64,000 nucleotides of DNA from Curvularia clavata (taxonomy: Eukaryota), in the NCBI GenBank assembly GCA_023920165.1, contig CP089279.1, forward strand, positions 1,054,001-1,118,000, in the 5' to 3' direction. Below, one piece after another: positions 12,340 to 24,109 of the stretch (position 1 is its first letter; every line of letters starts with the position of its first letter). The notes under the pieces were generated by a model, which was not told the DNA's origin, searched no databases, and saw only the letters and a program-made list of their open reading frames with translations. A program made the position numbers and the translations under genes.

Positions 12340-14299
12340 ATGGACACCAAGGCAGAAACTACTCATAACGAGGCTGAGTACAGCCATAGCACACGCATCG
12401 TGCCCATCGACCAAGAAGCAAATGAGAATGTCAGGCATGTCAATCTCTCTTGGAGGTCCTGGGTTGTCGTTTTCTGCTGCTGCTTTGCGTGCGTCATACA
12501 CCCGTTAATTTGGAAGAAAAAAGAAATCTCACGCACGAATACAGTGTCATGTCTCAGGTCTTCGTCGTCGTGGCTGCAGGTTCCGTCCTATCCTTCATCA
12601 TCCGTGAGCTTGGAGAGCCTGCCATTGCGAGCTGGGTCATCCAGGGCCCTCTTCTCATGCAATCAGTCCTCTCGCCTCCGGTTGGCCGGCTGTCAGATGT
12701 CTTGGATCGCAAGTTGTTCGCCACCATACCACCGTTAATAGCCTGCATTGGTGCTATTGTCTGTGCCAAAGCCAGTAGCATGTCCATGCTGATTGGCGGT
12801 GGTATTCTCATTGGCACTACCCTCGCAACAATATCTATCGTCCAATCGATTCCTTCAGAAGTTCTCCCTCTAAAGTACCGTCCGTTGGCTAATGGATTTG
12901 CTGGTGTTGCCGGCGTAATGGGAGGCACGTAAGTTCATTGCCCAACAATCAAGCGCAATAACTGTCGTCACTGACGAATCTATAGTGTGGGTAGCTTGGC
13001 AGCAGGGGCTGTTACTGACCTAAGCGCTTCTGGCTGGAGATACATCTTCTGGATCCAGGTCGGACTTCATGGCCTCACATCACTCGGCCTTTTCGCATTC
13101 TACTGGCCCAAGAAACGCACCGACTATCCGCGCATGAGCTTCAAGGAATGGGCATGGGCTTGTGATCCTATCGGCTCCTTTTTGTTGGTTGCTGCTGCTA
13201 CGCTAATGCTCCTTGCTCTCAACTGGGCAGGCGGCGCGTATCCGTGGAGCAATCCGCACGTATGCGCAAGCTTGACAATCGGCATCGTTCTTTTCATAGC
13301 TTTCTGTTTCTACGGTAGGTCGTTTCAGGGTCAACTTTTCAATCAAGTCATTCCTAATATAGTCGCCAGAATGGAAAGGGAGATCCGACGGTATCGTCGC
13401 CCATGTGTTCTTTTCTACTGGACCAAACTTCTGGCTCTCGACATTTGCCTTTACAATCGAGGGCTGGATTTATTATTCAGCAATCAACGCCGTCACTCCA
13501 CAGCTTATACTCAATATTGGTTTCGAGGATGATGCTTGGAACATTGCAATCAGGCAGCTATCGTTCAAGATCGCTTCCGTGATTACCTCAATAGCAGTCA
13601 CATGGTGGGCAACGAGATTTAAAGACATGAGTGCGCAACCCTCCCACAAATGCATAAGCAAGCATACACTAATCAAGTTGTACAGAGACCCCGCTCGCGG
13701 TGACCTTTTTCATCATGCTTATCGCATCAATCTGCTTCGGCTTTATAAAACCCGGCTGGGGCACCAATCAGATCATCTTCACAGCATTGACTGGTGTCGG
13801 CTGCGCCGGGCCACTTACACTCTTGGTAGCATGCATCCAATTCACAGCGCCCCACGCTTTCCTCTCCACGGCCACCGGGCTCGCCTTTTCTGCTAGAGCT
13901 ATTGGTGGCGCATTCGGCACTGCAGTTATTTACGCCATTGTCAACTCACGCGTCGCCTCGCATCTCAGCCGTGACATCAGCTCCGCCGCCTTAACAGCTG
14001 GTTTGCCTGCTTCGTCTATTCCCGCCCTGCTGGCTGCGATGAAGGGGAAATCAGAATCTACATTCAAATACAGCACTGTTCCTGGTGCTAATCAGGAAAT
14101 AGCTTCTGCTGCATGGAACGCAAGCCATTGGTCCTATGCGCGTGCTTATAGACTGGCGTACTGGAGTATAGTCCCTTTTGTAGCGCTTGCGACGATTGCG
14201 GTAATCTCGATGAAAGGGGTCAAGCATCTTATGACGGAACGTGTAGAAGCAACGGTCGAGATTGAGAGTGAGGACGAGAATAATGAGAAGAAAGTCTAG
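12340..14299 (+). CDS. MFS transporter, TRI12/siderophore-iron-transporter-like (14-TM type), four introns
   Basis: GRLSDVLDRK motif A, SEVLPLKYR, GWRYIFW, DPIGSFL, LNWAGGAYPWS, ARAIGGAFG. Exons are spread over ORFs 12304, 12450, 12987, 13405 and 13700. Confidence 0.85.
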
Positions 14300-14403
14300 G
14301 GAAGAAGTGGAGAGCAGAGAACTTAGAAAAGAAGTGTGGTTTGATCATGACGGGTTGACTGAGATAGTCAAATACATTTTACTCGGCGAGGCTGCTTCAC
14401 AGT

Positions 14404-14424
14404 CCCCCCCCCCCCCCCCCCCCC
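14404..14424. repeat. Poly-C homopolymer (C21)
   Basis: 21 consecutive C between the convergent 3' ends of the MFS and cyclase genes. Confidence 0.95.
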
Positions 14425-14543
14425 GCAAGCTACTTCATCATATCATGCTGCGTCATATCTACTTAGACCTGCTTTACTTCATCACTTGCCAATTTTATAT
14501 ACACCCACGAATCTGCACTCAATCCACCACCCAGTTACCTTTC

Positions 14544-15927
14544 TCAAAAGATCGCGTTACCATTAACATGCGAGCTTACGCCACCTGTCAAAAGTCAGTA
14601 AACCTAGCACAATCAAAGCCATGAAACGTATACATACCAGGGCAATTGGCCGGCGCAGAAGAGAAGAAAAAGAACCATCTCCCCTTCTCACGACACGTCT
14701 TCGCCAGCTTCTCAAGATCCAGCATCTCGCCCAGCGGCATACCCCACAGGGAAAGTATGTACTCGTGGAGATGGTACTCTATACGTCTTCGTTAGCTTCT
14801 CCTTCCCCAAAGCGGAACCTGCCAGGAACGAAGGGAATTCAAACCATACCTTCATGCGTAGGCCATGCTTCAAAAGCTGGTGCATCTCCCGCCACAGTCG
14901 CAAAATAGCAATCATGCAGCCAATCCAGCATCTTCTCCTCCTGGCTCAACCCCGCCCATCGTTGCCCATCCTCCCCATCCTTACCCGACCCATGTCTTAG
15001 CGCCGCCTTCGCTCTATCCTCATCGCTCTTGCTATCGTACGCTTCTTTCCAGCCGCTGCGGACAAACAGCATATCGCCGGGCTTGATGTCGCCGCCTTGG
15101 GCAGCAGGCCGAATGTCGACGCCCTGGTCTTTGCCGCAGCGGTAGAGTTCCTCCCAGGAGATGGGGTAGTAGTCATACGGATCGTAGTTGATTCCTTTTT
15201 TGTGGGCGTAGCCTCGGTAGTCGAGCAGGATGCCGCGGCCGGCGATGCCGTGTTCGGCCCAGTGGTGGATTGAACATTTGTGGTTGGCGCTGGGACCGGT
15301 GATGTCGCTTCCTTTGGTCTGGAGTGGTTGTTAGTTTGGGGGTTTTGTTGGCATGGGAATTGAGCTGTTGCGTACGCCGTTGTAGAAAGAGCCGCTGGGA
15401 ATGTGTGCAAAGTGCCGGAAACCATCCCATTGCGTGCCGCTCTGGGTATTCATGTGGTATAAGTCATCGTAAGCGATGCCTTCGGCTAGTGTCTTGATCT
15501 CGTGCTGGAATTGTTCACGGCCAAATGCCGGCACGTTAGGTACATTGAGAGGTAGACTGTTTGCGTCAGCATGGAATTTCTTCGACTGGGCTAGCCTTGC
15601 TTTACTTCACAGGTACAATCTCGCCAGACCTGATCTCTTTGGCGGCTGCGGCTACGCGAGTCGGTGTCAGAAGGTTCAAGCGTCCAATCTGTTGCATATT
15701 AGCGTCGTGCCGGCGCATAGACGGCGGTGCTGTCATTTTACATAGTCGTTGTCACCCCAGACCCAAGCCGCCTCCTTGGGAGCACCAGGAATCTCCGGAA
15801 GCTCCTTTCGCGTGGGGAACTTGGTGCTATCCGGGTCCCAAGGGATGGTCGTTGCAGTCTTATTCATAGTCAGGAAATCCTTGATTTGCGTCAAGCGCTG
15901 ACTCGCGGTGTTCTTGGGGTCCGCCAT
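14544..15927 (-). CDS. Cyclase-family (kynurenine formamidase/isatin hydrolase-like) metallohydrolase, several introns
   Basis: AAWVWG..D..GRLNLLTP; HMNTQSGTQWDGFRHFAH metal motif; GRGILLDY; GDMLFVRSG; VAGDAPAFE; spliced C-terminus LHEYILSLWGMPLGEMLDLE..GGVSSHVNGNAIF* ending at 14544. Confidence 0.88.
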
Positions 15928-17073
15928 GTTGTTGCACGAAGGGTCTCTTGCTGCACAATGTTGTGATTTTTCGCTTTCTGGAATCAATCACATCACCAGA
16001 AGATGCAATTCACTCTCTACTGAAATACTTGCAACGTCCGAGGACGTCATCACGTTTACCCCGCATTATTCTGGGCCTGGTGGGCTTGCGCCGAGGCTTC
16101 CGTGGGCCGTCTGCGCGCCTTTGGCTATCGTGAACCGATTGGACTTGTCGCAAAAGCCATCATCACATAGCTCTTTCTATTGTCCCAAATCCGGGCTTGC
16201 GGTCTGACTCCCAGACGGAAAATAAGGATGGCATTACGGCTGGCAGATGATTGCGTCGTTCGTCCGAGATTGGAGTGGTGGCGTAGAACTTCCGGGTGAC
16301 CGGTTAATTAACAGCCGTGCGTGGCCCCCTTTCGTGGGAGGGGGCGCTCTTGGCCCAGAAGCTTATTGTTGTCAAGAAAATCTTGAGTGTGCAGGGCAGT
16401 CTTGTTCTCAACATCGAGTTATCGTACGTGGGTTTTGAGTTTGACAGCAGGGGCTGTACCGACAAGATGGGGGAACAGTTAGCGCATATATAATGCGCGA
16501 TAACGCGTGATGACATATACTAACTAATCACGCCTTTATTATGATTAGTGTAGATGAGGTATACCGGCAGACGGTACGGACCATCCCAGCCATCTAATAG
16601 CACTCCTCTTGCCTCTCGCTGAACCATGGACTGCATTTTATGTCTGCTTGCACCGCTCACTCGCCTCCTTTCACACTGGTTCAGCTGTTGTCCTCAAGAC
16701 CGAGCTGTCACTTATCAATCTCTCATCAGAGCTGCAGCCTCATGCGTGGAAAGTTCTTAGATCACAAATCCATCTAACAAACGTTGATTTAACCGGTTGC
16801 TGTCGGCGTTTTTTATACAGCATAATCATTGGTCCCGGTACTAGCGCCGATATCAGCAAACTGTCCAGATGAAGGACAGTCTCCCATCCAGCCTGATCCT
16901 AGTCTGCTTACTCGTTGGAGGGAAAATTCATGTCCGTCTCGCCGCTCAGCCGTGGCTGATGGGTCTGTGCTGGTAGTCCATATAAACACACTACCCCAGA
17001 CCACTACCCCAGACTCCAGTCCATCCCCACATTACTTCTTTTCTTCTATACTTTGGACATTTGTTCTAGAGTG

Positions 17074-18704
17074 ATGGCTTCAGCTGCTGAGAAGTCAACC
17101 GCTCAAGGCATTGAATATGCCTCAGATGCCTCCGTGGACGTCGCCGTCGCTTACGAGGAAGGCAAGGTACAGGGATTGGGTGAAACCATCATCTGTACCG
17201 ATGAAGACAACAAACGGATCCTCCGCAAGACAGACACCTGGATGCTATCTCTCCTTTGCATGGTTTACTTCCTCCAATCCGCCGACAAGGGTATCATTGG
17301 TTTGACAGCCGTCTATGGACTGAAAACCGACGCACACCTCAAAGGAAACGACTACTCCAATATTGGAAATATTGGTTACTATGCGCAGCTCGCGGTACAG
17401 CCTTTGGCAGCATGGATCTTGGTCAAACTTCGATACCGTCAAGTCCTACCAGTCATCATTGTATGCTGGGGCATCTCTGTTGCTGGTGGTCTTGGAGGAT
17501 CAAAGAACTACGCTGGACTCCTCGCATCCCGCTTTTTCCTGGGTGCGTTCGAAGCAGCAGTCGTTCCTCTCTTCTCAATGATCACGATCGCCTTTTACAG
17601 GCGCTCTGAACAGCCTTTCCGAGTTGCATGCTGGTACAGTTGTTACGGGCTCAGCACTCTGATCAGTGCTCCCATCGTTTACGGATTTGGTCGCATCCAT
17701 TCGGCTCACCTGTACCGGTATCAGATTGTCTATCTTTTCTTCGGACTGCTCACCATTGTCATCGGTGCTTTCACTTACTGGTGGGCGCACGACAGTCCTG
17801 GAGAAGCTCGTTTCCTAACGCCTGAGGACCGTCTAAAGGCTATTGAGCGAGTCAAAGCAAATCAGCAGGGTATCGTCTCGCACAAGTTCAACTGGGCACA
17901 CGTTTTCGAAGCCTGGACCGAGCCCAAGTACTGGTTGTACATGATCATGGTTATTGCTGTCAATGCCGGTGCTGCCGTCTCCTCAGTTTTTGGTGCCATC
18001 ATCCTTCAAAATCTTGCTGGTTTCACCGCCGACGAAGCTGTTCTGCTCAACATGCCATTCGGCGCACTTCAGTTTGTGTCTATTCTCCTGGCATCATGGT
18101 TGGCGTACCGCTTCAAACGCAAGTCTCCGTTCTTACTCGGACTCGTCACCATTGTCATTGTCGGTGTTGCATTGATGGTCGCTCTTCCAAAGACCAAGGC
18201 CAACAAAGGTGGACTTCTTGCTGGATACTATCTGATTGCCTTTGTCTACGCCATCAACCCTCTACTTATCTCATGGATGGGAGCCAACTGTGCAGGACAA
18301 ACCAAGAAGGCTGTCTACTACACATCCTTTAACGCCGGAAACGCCGTTGGAAACATCATTACCCCATACATCTTCGACAAGAAGTTTGCTCCACAATACG
18401 TAAGTAACCATCGATACGCTTCGTGTAAAGTAGTACTGTATTGACAGTCTTCTAGGTCAACGCTCTCAAGGGCATCCTCGCGATTTGGTGCATCCTTTGG
18501 GGTGTGGTGATTGTGCAAATGTTCGTCATCACATGGATGCAGAAGAAGAAGTGTGATGAGCGTGAGGCAGCTGGTCTTCCCAGGAACCCTATTGACTACT
18601 CGATGAGCGGGCATCAGCAAGATGCCGATGCCGATGTACATGCCGAGAACGGTCTGCAAGACATGACAGACAGGGAGAACATCTACTTCCAGTACTTGTT
18701 GTAA
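17074..18704 (+). CDS. MFS anion:cation symporter, allantoate permease (Dal5) family; intron 18400-18455
   Basis: ILRKTD, FLQSADKG, RFFLGAFEA, FYRRSEQPFR, DSPGEARFL, NCAGQTKK, and C-terminal DMTDRENIYFQYLL*. Confidence 0.92.
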
Positions 18705-18998
18705 CATGGCTCAGGGGCCCATATGTTTAGATAGTTCATTTTTAATGGAAGCCACAATCCTCGCGTTGATCTGATTTGTTCTTGTAATCCTGGACAACTA
18801 GCACCGCACCAGATTTCGTGGGGCCCCACTTATGTCGTGTTCTTAATCAGGTTAGCGCATCTGGCTGTTGCCATACGGATTGTACCAACTTTTGTCACAC
18901 CCTCTGTTTCTCCAGTCACCTTTGGCGTAACGCCGTTCGCCCTCAACATCTCTCAGCGCTCTCGGGGGTGTCCTCGTGCAAGTTTGCCTATTTACCGA

Positions 18999-20300
18999 AT
19001 GACTGGACCTCTATCACGTCTTTTCTACTACATCCTCATCCCTTGTATTTCTATTGTACTGTACTCGCTCTATACACCCGCGCAGCACCCTACACAGCCA
19101 ATGCCCGTGCCAAGCTCAGCGCGGGAGGTAGCGACTGCTCTTCTCGCTGAAAAAGGACTACAGCTCAAGTCTCTGGAACGCATCCAGTCGTTATGGGCAG
19201 GCTATGGCGAGATATCCCGAGTCACTGCTGTTCCAGTGTCTGCATCGACTGCTCCATCTGAGTCGTATGTGCTCAAGCTCGTTACACCACCTCCAACAAA
19301 GGCAGATGATGAAGGGCATACGAGGAAGATATTGAGCTACAGGGTGGAACAATACTTCTACACTCATCTCGCACCTCAGATGCCAAGTTCGCTTCCAGTC
19401 GCTCAATGCATAGCAAGCATTAACAAGCACAATGCAGACGGTACCTCCATAACAGCAATGTTGCTGAGTGATCTCAAGCAACAGTATCCCGTTGCTGGTG
19501 AGAAACGAGCGGTGCTCACAGATACCCAAGTCTTTGCTGCGCTAGATTGGCTATCTGGCTTCCATGGCTTCTGGTGGTCGCGCGTGAAGAGCTTTGCTCC
19601 TTCATCACTCGTGCTACCTCCACTTGAGGAAGTCCAACGTCATGGCCAAGACACCGACGAGAAAAGCGTTTGGCTGAACGGTGGTTATACGTACCTTGCT
19701 ACACGCCGAAAAGAGTACGCCTCGCTAGTCGAATATGACGACACTGAATGGAGCGCGCTGCTTACCAGTCGCGTCGAGGGACACGAGCTGTCAATCGCTG
19801 AGATGGTAGCTGTTTTCCTTGCGCCAAAAGGTTCCGGAGGCACCCCAATAGACAAATACCAGACGCTAATTCACGGCGACGTCAAGTCCGAGAATCTCTT
19901 CACCAGTACTTCGGGCAAAGACGTTGCATTCTACGACTTTCAATACACGGGACTTGGCTTGGGTGTCTGCGATCTTGCAAAATACTTCACGTGCTCGGTC
20001 CCACTCAGTATGTTGGTCGCCGACCAACACGTACCGGAGAAACTTCCTATGCAGACGGGTGAAGAGCAGCTCTTACGCAGATACTGGGAGAGGCTACGCG
20101 AAACTGGCGAGCGAGAATACGACTGGGCTACTTTCATCCGGCATTGGGAGGTGGCGCTTGTGGACTGGTTGCGGTTCCAGGCGTCTTGGGGTTTCTGGGG
20201 AAATACTGAGTGGTTGGAGGCGAGGGTTCGAAGTGTACTAAGCGATGAAGAATGGCGAGGGTTTTTGATCAGCAATGTGAGCGGGACTAATAGTACGTAG
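18999..20300 (+). CDS. APH/ecdysteroid-kinase-like small-molecule phosphotransferase
   Basis: SLWAGYG P-loop, YVLKL, SYRVEQYFY, Brenner motif LIHGDVKSENL, FYDFQY, DLAKYF. First ATG at 18999; alternative ATG at 19101. Confidence 0.82.
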   Translation: MTGPLSRLFYYILIPCISIVLYSLYTPAQHPTQPMPVPSSAREVATALLAEKGLQLKSLERIQSLWAGYGEISRVTAVPVSASTAPSESYVLKLVTPPPTKADDEGHTRKILSYRVEQYFYTHLAPQMPSSLPVAQCIASINKHNADGTSITAMLLSDLKQQYPVAGEKRAVLTDTQVFAALDWLSGFHGFWWSRVKSFAPSSLVLPPLEEVQRHGQDTDEKSVWLNGGYTYLATRRKEYASLVEYDDTEWSALLTSRVEGHELSIAEMVAVFLAPKGSGGTPIDKYQTLIHGDVKSENLFTSTSGKDVAFYDFQYTGLGLGVCDLAKYFTCSVPLSMLVADQHVPEKLPMQTGEEQLLRRYWERLRETGEREYDWATFIRHWEVALVDWLRFQASWGFWGNTEWLEARVRSVLSDEEWRGFLISNVSGTNST

Positions 20301-20468
20301 ATAAATGAGCGTCCAGCGCGTCGAAACACTAGCATGCGCGTTTTACGCGTGGTGGTCTCATGGAATGATTGTGGAGATCTACCCCACCACCCTACCCCTC
20401 CTCTCGTCCAAAGCAACACCGGACAACAAGATTGCCAAAATTATCTTTCTCTTCAACAATACCAAGCT

Positions 20469-20550
20469 GCTTGAGTGGCCAAGTGGTAAGGCGTCGCACT
20501 TGTATTAACTTGCAATGCGAAGATCCATGGTTCGACTCCGTGCTTGAGCA
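20469..20550 (+). tRNA. tRNA-Thr(UGU) with a 10-nt intron (20505-20514)
   Basis: Acceptor GCTTGAG/CTTGAGC+A; D arm GCC-AAGTGGTAA-GGC; anticodon stem TCGCA/TGCGA with loop CT-TGT-A^A; T arm CATGG-TTCGACT-CCGTG; downstream T-run Pol III terminator. Confidence 0.92.
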
Positions 20551-21573
20551 ACAACTTACTTTTTTGCTTTGGAAGCATACTTTTTGCACCTTAACGGACC
20601 TTACCCGTCAACATTATCTCTGTTTAACAGCCTCATGACCAAAATTCACTTTTTCATCCAGAGGGGTATTTTTTGCTTTGGTCCAGATTGCCGTCTGGCG
20701 GCGCCGAAGTTGTACGGGCTAATGTCACTTGTGGCATGGTAATGGCACAAGCTCCCACTTTCGTCGAATAAACGTGCATTCTAAAGATCAATTCGTGTCT
20801 TACAGTTCGATAACAGCGATGGAGGATGGCGTGAACATGATGCCAAAAACTATCCGCATACAATACCGCTCGCGAGACCTTTGCCTCAACAGTACATGCG
20901 ATCTAAATCTCTACTTCGTCATTCCGATAGAACAAGTGATTGTAGTTTTACAAGAAAAAGTCTTCACTAATCGAATGCGGGCACCCATGAGGCTGTAATC
21001 TCTAGCCATTCCTGTAGAACATACATCTAATTAGATTTGTAGCTATACCAGGTCAATGATGACCCAAAAATCCTAGATTTGTGTAACTGGATTTTTCAAC
21101 TGTTGAATTCAGACCTCAATATTTCTTTCTAGGAATGCGAAAGTAGGGAAGCGGAACCACAATACCCTGAACAAAGTACCGTGTCCTTGTACTCGTCCAA
21201 TTGTAATCACCTAATATACCGAGTTGTGAAACATAAGACACTGGAAAGAATACTGTACTGCAGAGACAAATTTTAGCCTTGCCTTGTCCTGATCGTCAGC
21301 CTGGGTACGCAAGTAGGCAGCGAGATGAGGATTTCGTCGTACCTATAGATCACAGTCTCGGAACCGCCGCGGCTTTGCGGATTATTATCATGCATAACCA
21401 TCCCTTATATTCTTTATCTTGACTGCACTGCATTCCCGTCCGCAACGCTTTCTTGAAGGCCTGCACTAGCAAACCACCACACGAGGGGAGTTTCCAAAGA
21501 AAGAGAAAAAAAGAGAGAGAGAAGACGAAACCTCAAAGAGACAGCACCTGCAAGCACACCAACCCTTCTTAAT

Positions 21574-22146
21574 ATGGCTACCACTACCACCTGTATGGCA
21601 GCGACAACGCCTATAGATACTGTCTCACCAGGCTCCCCAGCTCCTCTCGCCCCTCCAAAACCAACAGTGGAACCAGCATCAAAACCCTCCCCCCTTCCAC
21701 CTTTCTCCCCAGTCTCATATCTGAAATCCGCCATCTACCACATCAGCGCCACCTTCGTTGTCCTTATATCTATCCTCTTCGCCCTCTCCTTCATTTACCA
21801 CATGTTGACCTTCTACACCGCGCTCCTCATCATGCCTGACCTATTATCCTTCATCCCCTTCATCCATCTACTCATGGCGTACGCCATAATTGTCCAAGTC
21901 GCGCTCCAAGTCGATCTTCTGCTCTTGCATGAGCTGTGGAGGCAGGAGGAGCTGTATGAAGGAACGTTAGTCCAAGTGGTGGGGTTTTGGTTGGTGAGGG
22001 TGAATGTGGCGGTCAGCGGGGTGGTGGTGGTATGGAACGAGGCTTGGAGGATCAGAGAGGGCGTTCAGTCGGTGATGGGGATGGTGCTGTGGATTTGCAA
22101 TTTTGTTCTTTTCGGGGAGATGGCGCGCTGGGTGATTGGTGTATGA
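21574..22146 (+). CDS. Hypothetical membrane protein (Pro-rich N-terminus, about 4-5 hydrophobic segments)
   Basis: 190-aa ATG-initiated ORF with plausible TM helices; no family recognised. Confidence 0.5.
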   Translation: MATTTTCMAATTPIDTVSPGSPAPLAPPKPTVEPASKPSPLPPFSPVSYLKSAIYHISATFVVLISILFALSFIYHMLTFYTALLIMPDLLSFIPFIHLLMAYAIIVQVALQVDLLLLHELWRQEELYEGTLVQVVGFWLVRVNVAVSGVVVVWNEAWRIREGVQSVMGMVLWICNFVLFGEMARWVIGV

Positions 22147-22621
22147 GATAGAAGGGGCGTTTGGGAAAAAAGGTCAATATGGAGTATGGATGTTTCGAGT
22201 GTCCTGGGGGTTATCAACATGATCAAGTCTGGGTTGTTCTATTATTTCTCTGTCTTGGGGTGTTTTATGCTCTGCAGGGAACGGAGTTTGTTGTGCGTGA
22301 AAGTCAGAAAGGGCTCAGGGTGAATCGTGTATTTCTAGTTTATATACCTGCGTCTGTTTCAGGTACCTTGTATGATAAATATTAGAGAGAAAGGAATAGC
22401 GGATGAAAGACACAACAAATTCCCAATACGAATCTATGGGTCTTTCTGCATTATCCCAGTCCCTTATCTCATTCGACTTTCATAATCGTTACAGCCCGCT
22501 TTCGAGCCTGCTTGGGTTTCCTGTGTCAGTCTGAATATCCAGCTCTGCACACTCTTGCTTCCGAGGAAACGACAGAGCCAGCGTGATTTTACATATGGTT
22601 GAGAAGTCTATCCGACTTGGG

Positions 22622-24109
22622 TCAACCCGACCCTCCTTCACTCGTCTTCTGCACCTCTGCCACAACGGAAGACCGAGCAGAAGCTGTTGTGTCTACACCC
22701 CCTACCAACTCATTTGCCATTCTTTCTGCCTCCAAACCGTCAAAATAGTCCTTGAAGGGATCTTCACCAAACTCATCCTCCTCTTCTTGCTTTGGCTTGG
22801 TGAGTGAAGGCAAAGTATACTTTGTCCGCAATGTCTCCGACATGTCGAAAGGGGTCCCTGATGTCAGTTCCGGTGTCCATTTATCCATGCCCTCGTTTGC
22901 CAAGGCGTCGGCTGCGATATTGCCTGGATCTGTGCTGTGGCCTTTGACCCAGGTAAAGGTAGTCTTGCCCTTGGATGTCAGACGCTCGCGTATCCTGGCG
23001 AGTATTGGCTGAATGAGCTCCTTATTCTCTACGCTCTTGCCAGCTGCATTCCTCCAGCCCTTTGTCTCCCAGTTGTGGAACCATTCGCGCAGGCAGCGGA
23101 TGGAATAATATGAGTCTGTTCGAATCTCGACATCACGGTCGATTGGCACATGGTCGAGGGCTCGAGCTATGGCGACGAGTTCGGCTCGCTGGTTAGTTTG
23201 TCGTTCTCCTCTCAAGGGCTCTCCAATATTTCTGTGGTCATGTCAGCAATGGAAGATTATGTAGCATTTCTGGGCACGAACCTGGGGTCTCTGGGGCCAA
23301 AGTAGACGCCGACACCAGCCTTGGCGCCTACTTTGCCGTTGCCTCTGGAACCTCCGTCTGTGTGCACGACCAGTGGTCCCTTGAAGTTTCCAGTTGGATG
23401 TCGCTTGGTCGCATTTAGCTCTTCCGCGGTTTTTGCTCTGATCTTCCCAAGAGTCTCGTCCAGCTTGATTGTTGGGTCGAAGCCGTCTACTGCGCCAGGT
23501 GGAAGAGGTCCCGTGCCCGGCTCGACCTTGTTCTCTCCATTGGTTGCGATTATCGCAGGCGACGCATGCTCCCTTTTCTGTCGCTTGGGCGCATGCTCAG
23601 CTTCCTCCATCTTGTGCGTTGTTGCTGATGAGGCTTCGGACAGATGGCCCTGCAAGCTTATGGGCGCGCTGGAACCTTTTCTAGCTCGGTCAACAAATGC
23701 TTGGGCCTCTTCGCGTGTGGCAAAGCCCTGTTGCTTCGCGCCCTTGTAACCTTTTGTATGTGATTCTACAGTCGGCCAGTTTGTATAGACTCCAGGTACG
23801 CGCCCGACTGCTACTCCGTAAAACTTTGGTTTAGGCTTGGATTTCCTGACGAGGGATCCTTTCACGAATGCTTCTGCTTCGGTATAGGTGGGAAAAGACC
23901 GTACTAGCTAGGTGTCAGTACAAAGATGGACACTGCATTTGACGTTACACACCCACGTGGTTGTTGAAGCCCTCGGTCTGCTGGCGCACGTCTTCCCAGT
24001 TCTGATAGACGCCCGGCACTCTCCCAGCTTTGACGGCGTAAAATTTAAGCGGACCGTTCTTGCGCTTCGCACTGGATGTTGTTGAGGTGTTGGATGGGGC
24101 GCCTGCCAT
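22622..24109 (-). CDS. RNH1: Ribonuclease H1 with two N-terminal hybrid-binding (caulimovirus viroplasmin-like) domains; two introns
   Basis: KFYAVKAGRVPGVYQNW and KFYGVAVGRVPGVYTNW repeats; catalytic TDGGSRGNG, TNQRAEL, RTDSYYS, WVKGHS..GNIAADALA. The 3' end may include a further small exon. Confidence 0.93.

Noticed and set aside
22622..24109. RNase H as part of an LTR retrotransposon
   Set aside because: It has spliceosomal introns and hybrid-binding domains, and there is no RT, integrase or LTR nearby; it is the cellular RNase H1.
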